This document shows positions 57,567 to 64,000 of a stretch of DNA of 64,000 nt, in pieces; the stretch's first letter is position 1; every line of letters begins with the position of its first letter. The stretch lies in NCBI GenBank assembly GCA_033763455.1, contig JANRKO010000023.1:288001-352000 (forward strand). Reading direction: 5' to 3'. Position numbers and translations under genes: made by a program. The notes below the pieces were generated by a model. It made no database searches. It saw nothing but the letters and a program-made list of their open reading frames with translations, and was not told the DNA's origin. This DNA comes from Polyangiaceae bacterium. Lineage in GTDB: Bacteria > Myxococcota_A > Polyangia > Polyangiales > Polyangiaceae.

Positions 57567-58397
57567 ATGGATCTTTTTACCATCCCCTTCCGGCACCACC
57601 CACGCCGCCTGCCAGCGCGTTTGCCCCTCGCCCAGCTAGGCTACCTGCCGAAAAAGTTCGACCAGGTTAACCGCGGCTTTGATACTGTTAATTACTCGTT
57701 CATACTGCGTGGCACGGGGCACTATGAGTTGTACGGCGTGCGCCACCTAGTGCAGGCACCCTGTGTGTTCATCGAATTCCCTGGCCTGGAGTTCAACTAT
57801 GGCCCACTCGCCAATACATCTTGGGAAGAGTTGTACCTGATGTACGACGGTGCGCAGCAGCCGGTCCTCGAACAAGCGGGCCTCTTCGACGCAAGCGAGC
57901 CCATCTGGAGCTTGGGGGAGACGCGTCGGCTCGCGGCGCTTTCGCTCGAATTGCGCACACTTTGCACCGCAAGCCTCACCCACAATATGGATCGAATCGA
58001 TCGCGTGGCCGAAGCACTCTTAGTGGAGGCTCACCTTGCTGAGGGCCACGCCGAATCGTCCGCGCCCGCTGCGCGCGTGCGGGAGGTCCTCCAGCTGATC
58101 GAACAGCGCTACCTGGAAGATCACGATTTTCTGGAGCTGGCACGCAGTCACCAGCTCTCACCAACGCATTTTCGTCGCCTTTGGAACCACCTGGTTGGAG
58201 TGCCTCCCGCCCGCTACGTGAGCGAGCTTCGTCTGAAGCAGGCATGCCGGATGCTTGTGGAATCGACGGCCCCCGTCGCCAAGATCGCCAGAGAGATGCG
58301 CTTTCCGGATGCGTTGTATTTCTCCCGCAAGTTTCGGAACTTCACGGGCCAAAATCCAACCAGCTACCGGCGGCGCTATTCGGGAGGCGGAGGCTAA
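57567..58397 (+). CDS. AraC-family transcriptional regulator
   Basis: C-terminal HTH LSPTHFRRLW...RLKQACRML...FPDALYFSRKFR..TG..P..YR; divergent from thuA/gfo. Confidence 0.92.
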   Translation: MDLFTIPFRHHPRRLPARLPLAQLGYLPKKFDQVNRGFDTVNYSFILRGTGHYELYGVRHLVQAPCVFIEFPGLEFNYGPLANTSWEELYLMYDGAQQPVLEQAGLFDASEPIWSLGETRRLAALSLELRTLCTASLTHNMDRIDRVAEALLVEAHLAEGHAESSAPAARVREVLQLIEQRYLEDHDFLELARSHQLSPTHFRRLWNHLVGVPPARYVSELRLKQACRMLVESTAPVAKIAREMRFPDALYFSRKFRNFTGQNPTSYRRRYSGGGG

Positions 58398-58588
58398 GCT
58401 CGGGGCCTCGTGGCTAGGTCCCAATCAATCCGCTCAAACCCCAAGCTTCGAGCGTTTCCCGCATGCCCCCAGTACATTGCAAGAATCCACTGTTGGGGCA
58501 AAAAACCAGGCTGGGTGCGAAAAGTTTGGAGCAAATGGGTCGGGCTAAAGCGCCAGATGCGCTATGCTTCGCGAGGCACGAGCACCTT

Positions 58589-59947
58589 ATGAAACACCTT
58601 CCCAGGCGAACGCTCCTTCGAGGCATGGGCCTTTCCGGCATCTGCATTGGGCTTCCTATTCTGGATGCCATGCTGGATGACAACGGGAACTTGATTGGAA
58701 AGGCGCGAGCGGCCACCCCTCAGCCGCTCAACTTCCTCACCTTCTTCATTCCGAATGGCGTCCACGCTCCCGATTTCTGGCCAGCCAGCGAGGGTGATGG
58801 GTACGCCATGAGCAGGTCTCTGGAGCCCTTAGCTCACTTGAAGAGTGAATTTCTGTTGCTCCAACATCTGAACAAGGCCGAAGCGTTTCGTAACGAGCAG
58901 ATCGACAACGACGCTCACCAGCGTGGGCACGCATCGTTCGCAACCGGGGGCGGGCTCGCCGGTGCATCCACTGTAGAATTTGCTTCGGCAGATCAAGTGG
59001 CGGCCCAAGCGCTGGGTGGGGACACGAAGTTTCGTTCACTCCCTGTGGCGCTCACGGGTGTGCGTTCACCCGCGAACCAAGCAGATCATATTTCGTGGAG
59101 CGACGGTAAAACCTTCGTACCTGCGGACAATGACCCATTGGTGCTCTTTAACCGCGTATTCGGCGCCAGCGGCGCAGCCGATACGAGCCGTCCGCTCGCC
59201 AAATACAAGAAGAGTATCTTCGACTACGTGGCGTCGGATGTGCAGGATCTTCGCAACCGAGTAGGTGCCTACGACCAAGCCAAGCTGGATCAATACATGA
59301 CGGCGGTGCGAGGGGTGGAACAACAGCTGGAGCCAACGCGTCTAGCTGTTAACTGCATGGCACCAGAGGGAATCAATCCTCAGCTTGGTGGCCCCACCCC
59401 CTCTTTCGACAACGGGAAAGGAGGCTATTCCAACGAGCGTGCACAGCTGCTCATTTGGCTCCAGGTAACCGCGGTAGCTTGTGGCCTTACGCGCTTTGGT
59501 AGCTTCATGCTCGCAGGAAGAGGCAGCAAGCGCCAATTCAATTGGTTGGGCATCCCCAACGCGGACGACGGCCACCACGGCATTTCTCACGATACCTCTC
59601 CAGAAGGGCTCGAATATCAAACCCGCATTGTGGTCGACGAAATGAAGCAGTTTGCCTACATGCTGGATCTCATGCAGGGCATCCAGCAGGGGGATCGCTC
59701 GCTGCTTTACAACTCGATCGTGTTCTTCGCCAACGAATGCAACGAAGGGGCGGCTCACGATTACAGCAGCACGCCTACCATTTTGGCAGGCCGCGCTGGC
59801 GGGCAGCTCAAGACTGGCTCTCACATCATTTACGAAAACGCGACACCGTACAGCCGCGTCTTCGTGAGCATTCTGCAGATGCTTGGCATGAATGTCACTA
59901 AGTTCGGCGTAAACGGCGATCAGCCACTGGTTCGGTTGCTAGCCTGA
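58589..59947 (+). CDS. DUF1552 domain-containing protein
   Basis: RRTLLRG.G..I.LP.LDAM, F.PNG, SADQVAA, SIFDYV..D...L...VG..D..KLDQY...VR..E, HHGISH. Confidence 0.85.
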   Translation: MKHLPRRTLLRGMGLSGICIGLPILDAMLDDNGNLIGKARAATPQPLNFLTFFIPNGVHAPDFWPASEGDGYAMSRSLEPLAHLKSEFLLLQHLNKAEAFRNEQIDNDAHQRGHASFATGGGLAGASTVEFASADQVAAQALGGDTKFRSLPVALTGVRSPANQADHISWSDGKTFVPADNDPLVLFNRVFGASGAADTSRPLAKYKKSIFDYVASDVQDLRNRVGAYDQAKLDQYMTAVRGVEQQLEPTRLAVNCMAPEGINPQLGGPTPSFDNGKGGYSNERAQLLIWLQVTAVACGLTRFGSFMLAGRGSKRQFNWLGIPNADDGHHGISHDTSPEGLEYQTRIVVDEMKQFAYMLDLMQGIQQGDRSLLYNSIVFFANECNEGAAHDYSSTPTILAGRAGGQLKTGSHIIYENATPYSRVFVSILQMLGMNVTKFGVNGDQPLVRLLA

Positions 59948-59999
59948 TTGTGAGGTCGCGTGGGCGGGCTGTTTCGGCCTGCCCCGAGCGCTAAGATCC

Positions 60000-61316
60000 A
60001 TGGGCAACCGAGCCAAACGTGCGCGGCGCTGCGAAAAGTGCCGGCTCCATCTTTCGGCGTGTCTGTGCGCTGAAATACCTAACTTCGATCTAAACACCAA
60101 GCTGGTGCTCGTGATGCACCAACGCGAAGTGCACAAGACGACCGCTACGGCACCCTGGGCACTGCTGGCGCTCAAGCAGAGCGAACTGCACGTGCACGGG
60201 GAACGCGAAAGCACGCTCAACCTCAGTTCCTTACAGACCCCGGAACGCCGGATCCTACTGCTTTTCCCCTCCGAACAGGCCCGCCCGCTCACACCACAAG
60301 TGCTTTCGGAGGATGCGCGACCGGTCACACTAATAGTGCCTGATGGCACCTGGCGTCAGGCCAAGCGAGCTGCAAAGCGCATCCGAAACCTGATCCAGGC
60401 TGAGCCCGTATGCCTTAGCGGGGGCCCAGCGAGCGAATATAAGCTCCGGCGCGAACCACAGGTTGAAGGCCTCGCGACCTTCGAAGCGATTGCGCGCGCC
60501 ATGGGTATCATCGAGGGCCGAGGAGTGCAAGTGGCGCTTGAAGCTGCGTTTGCGCGCTTAGTCCACGCAACGCTCGCATCACGCGGGGTTGTGGCTCCCC
60601 TCGCAAAAAACAACGCCTCCACGATCGCAGCAGACGTTACGGCGCCGCCTCAGGTTTCACTTGAGATCTTGTATCAAGACGATGATCTGATTGCCATCAA
60701 CAAGCCTTCCGGGATGCCCGTGCACCGAGGCTGGGCCAAAGACGGCCTGCCCGCACTTCAAGCCTTAAGAAACCAGATCGGCCGCCACGTTTACCCCGTG
60801 CACCGCTTAGACCGCGCAACCAGCGGAGTGCTGTTGTTTGCCTTGAGTAGCGAAGCGGCGCGGGATATTCAGCGAATTTTTGACGAACGCAGGGCAAAAA
60901 AGACGTACCTAGCGCTCTGCCGTGGCCATTCTGCATCGCTCACGCACGTGGACCATCCACTTGCGAAGGTCAAAGGCGGCACCGCTCGCCCCGCCGTCAC
61001 AGATTTCAGGCTACTTGGGCAGTTCGAACGTTATGGCCTGTATGCAGCTCAGCCGCATACAGGGCGGTTGCACCAGATCCGGCGGCACCTAAAGCACAAA
61101 AGCCACCCGATTATCGGGGACGTGCGCTACGGCAAAGGGGAGCACAACCGCATCTTTCGCGAACGGTTTGGATTTCACCGGCTCGCACTCCACGCAGCAC
61201 TTCTTGAGCTGGAACACCCTCGCACCCAAGAGGCTCTGGTGCTGAGGGCGCCCTTACCCGAAGATCTCAAACTGCTCTTTGCACAGCTAAATCTACCCAT
61301 GGAGGCTGGGATTTAA
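60000..61316 (+). CDS. Fusion of a DTW-domain tRNA aminocarboxypropyltransferase (TapT-like) and a TruC/RluA-family pseudouridine synthase
   Basis: N-terminal CEKC...CLC, HQRE..K, LLFPS, DGTWRQA, LATFEA; C-terminal NKPSG..VHR, HRLDRATSG, TGRLHQIRRH, HPIIGD. Confidence 0.9.
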   Translation: MGNRAKRARRCEKCRLHLSACLCAEIPNFDLNTKLVLVMHQREVHKTTATAPWALLALKQSELHVHGERESTLNLSSLQTPERRILLLFPSEQARPLTPQVLSEDARPVTLIVPDGTWRQAKRAAKRIRNLIQAEPVCLSGGPASEYKLRREPQVEGLATFEAIARAMGIIEGRGVQVALEAAFARLVHATLASRGVVAPLAKNNASTIAADVTAPPQVSLEILYQDDDLIAINKPSGMPVHRGWAKDGLPALQALRNQIGRHVYPVHRLDRATSGVLLFALSSEAARDIQRIFDERRAKKTYLALCRGHSASLTHVDHPLAKVKGGTARPAVTDFRLLGQFERYGLYAAQPHTGRLHQIRRHLKHKSHPIIGDVRYGKGEHNRIFRERFGFHRLALHAALLELEHPRTQEALVLRAPLPEDLKLLFAQLNLPMEAGI

Positions 61317-61389
61317 ACGCCGAAGTGGTCTCATTCGACGTGTGGTTCGGTGCGCGTTTCCAGCATTCACCGAGCGACGACCACCCGCG

Positions 61390-62373
61390 TCACCAACGGA
61401 GATGCACGTGAGGCTTAACTTGTTCCTCATAAACGGCGCGGAGCCGCTCCATAAGTTCGGGAGCGAGCGGAGGCAGATCGGAAGCACTGCAATTGGCGTC
61501 CGCTTGGCCCACCGTGCGGGTGCCTGGAATAATGCAACTCACCGCCGGATCCATCAGAGCCCAGCGCGAGGCCAACTGAGCCAAGGTGAACCCTGCCGGC
61601 ACAAGTGGCTTCAAACTTTCAACCGCTTTGAGGCCAAGATCGTAGTCAAAACCGGAGAAGGTTTCCCCGCGATCGAAGGCTTCCCCATTGCGATTAAAGG
61701 CGCGATGGTCGTCAGCAGCAAAGCGAGTATCAGGCTTGAGCTTGCCGGTGAGCATGCCCGAAGATAACGGCAACCTCGCTAAAATGCCTATCCTCTTTGC
61801 TTCGGCCTGTCGAAAGAACAGCTCAGAAGGACGTTGACGAAAGAGATTGTACACGATCTGCACGCTTTTCAGGTTGGGGTATTCGAGCGCCACCAGGCCT
61901 TCTTCCACCTTTTCCACGCTCACGCCGTAGTGCCGAATCTTACCCGCACGCTCTAAATCATCCATCACTCCGAAGACTTCCGGGCGATAATAGACGTCAG
62001 TGGGGGGGCAGTGCAGTTGCACAAGATCGAGCGCCTCGGTGCGCAGATTCTTGAGGCTACGCTCCACGTAAGCCGTAAGGTTGGTTCGATTGTAGCTGTC
62101 CGCCGTGTGAGGAGATGAGCGGCGGCCAACTTTGGTGGCAACAACAAATGGATCTTTTCGTTGATTTCTAACTTCAGCGATCAGCTTCTCGCTATGCCCA
62201 TCACCGTAAACATCGGCGGTATCAATGAAATTCACACCAAGATCGAGAGCGCGGTGGAGCGCCAGCAGGGATTCGGCGTCGTTGGTGCTGCCCCAAGAGC
62301 CCCCAATAGCCCAGGCGCCAAAGCTTACGGTGGACACGTTGAAGCCTGTTCTTCCAAGCGGTCGGTACTGCAC
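61390..62373 (-). CDS. Aldo/keto reductase
   Basis: GAWAIGG, FIDTADVYGDG, VATK, LDLVQLHCPP, GKIRHYGVS. Confidence 0.95.
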   Translation of the reverse strand: MQYRPLGRTGFNVSTVSFGAWAIGGSWGSTNDAESLLALHRALDLGVNFIDTADVYGDGHSEKLIAEVRNQRKDPFVVATKVGRRSSPHTADSYNRTNLTAYVERSLKNLRTEALDLVQLHCPPTDVYYRPEVFGVMDDLERAGKIRHYGVSVEKVEEGLVALEYPNLKSVQIVYNLFRQRPSELFFRQAEAKRIGILARLPLSSGMLTGKLKPDTRFAADDHRAFNRNGEAFDRGETFSGFDYDLGLKAVESLKPLVPAGFTLAQLASRWALMDPAVSCIIPGTRTVGQADANCSASDLPPLAPELMERLRAVYEEQVKPHVHLRW

Positions 62374-62414
62374 GTTGTTCTCCTCGGTGACGATTTCGCG
62401 TAGCGTGCATCACC

Positions 62415-62963
62415 ATGGCGCTTACCGCAACGATGTACCACATCCAAGTCGACCTCTCGGATGTCGACCGCGGTGTATACGAGTCGCTCGATCTTCGTGT
62501 GGCGCGCCATCCGTCTGAAAGCATGCGCTACCTTCTGACGAGAACGTTGGCCTATTGCCTCGCGTACGAGGAGGGCATCGCGTTCTCCAAGGGAGGGCTC
62601 TCCAATACGGATGACCCACCGCTTAGCATCCACGACCTTCAGGGCAATTTGCGCACGTGGATAGAAATCGGAACACCCTCAGCGGAGCGTTTACACAAGG
62701 CAAGCAAGGCTTCCCCGCGCTTGGTGGTGTTTACCCAGCATGATCCTATGCTCCTTCAGAAAACCGCGACTGAACGCGACATTCACCGGGCCCAAGAGAT
62801 CGAGATTTACGCTCTTGAACCTACATTCTTGGACGAGCTCGATGCCGTTACCGATCGCAATGTTAGATGGGAGCTCGTGCACACCGACGGTCAACTGTAT
62901 GTTACCGTCGGCGGCAAGAGCATTGTGGGTAGTGTAGCCCGGCACAAATTGGTGCAGGCGTAA
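62415..62963 (+). CDS. yaeQ: YaeQ family protein
   Basis: MALTAT, LSDVDRGVY, ARHPSE, FSKGGLS..D.P, WIEIG.P..ERL.KA. Confidence 0.92.
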   Translation: MALTATMYHIQVDLSDVDRGVYESLDLRVARHPSESMRYLLTRTLAYCLAYEEGIAFSKGGLSNTDDPPLSIHDLQGNLRTWIEIGTPSAERLHKASKASPRLVVFTQHDPMLLQKTATERDIHRAQEIEIYALEPTFLDELDAVTDRNVRWELVHTDGQLYVTVGGKSIVGSVARHKLVQA

Positions 62964-62979
62964 TGCGAATGGCGGCACC

Positions 62980-63414
62980 TTAAACTTGAGCTTTCGCCTT
63001 GAACGCTGGCGTCTGCGGCGCAACCGTGGGTGTAGCTATCGCAGCCAGCATAGGGGCGTATGCAGCGCGGAAGCTGTATGCGAGGTACAGGTGAAGCGCC
63101 AATAGCAAAAGGGGCACAGCCAGCCCAGCGGGCGCGAGGAACGCATGGAATGCTACGATGTTGAGCGTTACGGGGGCCAGTAGCGTCAGCGCCAACGGAA
63201 CATAGCGCCCTGACAACAGGAGGAGCCCCACGACAACTTCGGTGCCTTTGATGAAGGGGAACATGTATCCGGTGGCGCCGAGCGCTCCCAGAAATTCGCC
63301 AGCGGCCCCGCTCATAGGGGGCTGCGGCAGGAAGTGTAAGAAGCCATTGAGCCCAAAAACGAAGAAGGCAAAGCCAAGGGCCAAACGTGCGGCGGTGAGT
63401 GCTTTTGTGGTCAT
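62980..63414 (-). CDS. DoxX-family membrane protein
   Basis: RLALG..FFVFGLNGF, GYMFP.IK..EV..GLLLL, LAPVTLNI..FH. Confidence 0.88.
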   Translation of the reverse strand: MTTKALTAARLALGFAFFVFGLNGFLHFLPQPPMSGAAGEFLGALGATGYMFPFIKGTEVVVGLLLLSGRYVPLALTLLAPVTLNIVAFHAFLAPAGLAVPLLLLALHLYLAYSFRAAYAPMLAAIATPTVAPQTPAFKAKAQV

Positions 63415-63497
63415 CTTGATACGTCGTCCTTTCTTGTTGCGACGTCGTACAGTTTAATTGTTGTCCTTCTGGTAACTAGACGTGGCCACAGCAACAC

Positions 63498-63520
63498 ATT
63501 GTTGCTATTAGAACAACAAT
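63498..63520. promoter_or_regulatory. Inverted repeat ATTGTTG-N9-CAACAAT between divergent doxX and lysR, probable LysR box
   Basis: 7-bp perfect arms overlapping the lysR start. Confidence 0.55.
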
Positions 63521-64000
63521 GGACCTGAATCACGTCGCTATTTTCGCTCGGGTTGTTGAAGCCGGCAGTTTCACCAAAGCCGGCGCTGAGCTCGGGTTGC
63601 CGAAGTCCTCCGTGAGCCGCACGGTGGCGAGCCTCGAAGCGTCGCTAGGAGTTCAATTGCTTCAACGCACCACACGTAAGCTCAACCTCACCGAAGCGGG
63701 GCGTGAATACTTTGAGCAAACGCGGCGGATACTCGCGGAGCTCGATGAGGCCACCCTTGCTGTTTCAAAACTGGGGAAGGAACCACGGGGCACCGTACGC
63801 ATGACGGCACCGTTTGATATTGGGGCTCTCATGCTTGCCGATACCATTGCTACCTTTACAGCAAAGTACCCGCGCATTCACATCGATCTCTCTCTAACGG
63901 CTCGGCGGGTAGATCTTGTCGCCGAAGGCTTCGATCTCGCGGTCAGGGCAGCGGCACGCCTGAGTGATTCGTCGCTGATTGCAACGAAGGTGGGTTCCAC
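63519..64000 (+). CDS. LysR-family transcriptional regulator (runs off the window)
   Basis: MDLNHVAIFARVVEAGSFTKAG..LGLPKSSVSR.VA.LE..LGVQLLQRTTRKL.LTEAG. Confidence 0.93.
   Translation, partial: MDLNHVAIFARVVEAGSFTKAGAELGLPKSSVSRTVASLEASLGVQLLQRTTRKLNLTEAGREYFEQTRRILAELDEATLAVSKLGKEPRGTVRMTAPFDIGALMLADTIATFTAKYPRIHIDLSLTARRVDLVAEGFDLAVRAAARLSDSSLIATKVGS

Overview
GC-rich bacterial DNA. The gene content points to a myxobacterium (Polyangiaceae/Sorangiineae-like): Gly/Cys-rich lipoproteins, a Ser/Thr kinase, and DUF2378-, DUF1552- and STAS-like proteins. All family assignments come from motif recognition, not database searches. The left end carries a 2376-aa single-module reducing type I PKS (KS-AT-DH-ER-KR-ACP) ending in an unusual tandem hot-dog-like domain, next to an O-methyltransferase and a ThDP enzyme. 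Next come a kinase-DUF2378 fusion, two phd/vapC toxin-antitoxin pairs, secreted Cys-rich and FGE-sulfatase-domain proteins, and an arsR-arsI-aquaporin-arsC operon. The middle holds sugar oxidoreductases, LamG lipoproteins, ppnP, fbaA, a beta-propeller/di-heme protein, an ABC-F ATPase and oligopeptidase A. tRNA-Arg(CCT) is followed by att-like phased repeats and an integrase-less accessory block: a HipA-like kinase with DUF3037 and two PIN TA loci, one frameshifted. The right end has a galT / IMPase-like / plant-type L-arabinokinase-like operon, a DTW-TruC tRNA-modification fusion, yaeQ, doxX and a partial LysR. A palindromic intergenic element (AGATACTT..CATGC.AAG.A) occurs three times. Best candidates for an undescribed system: the hot-dog-terminated PKS locus, the Leloir-like arabinokinase operon, the DTW-TruC fusion and the dispersed palindrome family.
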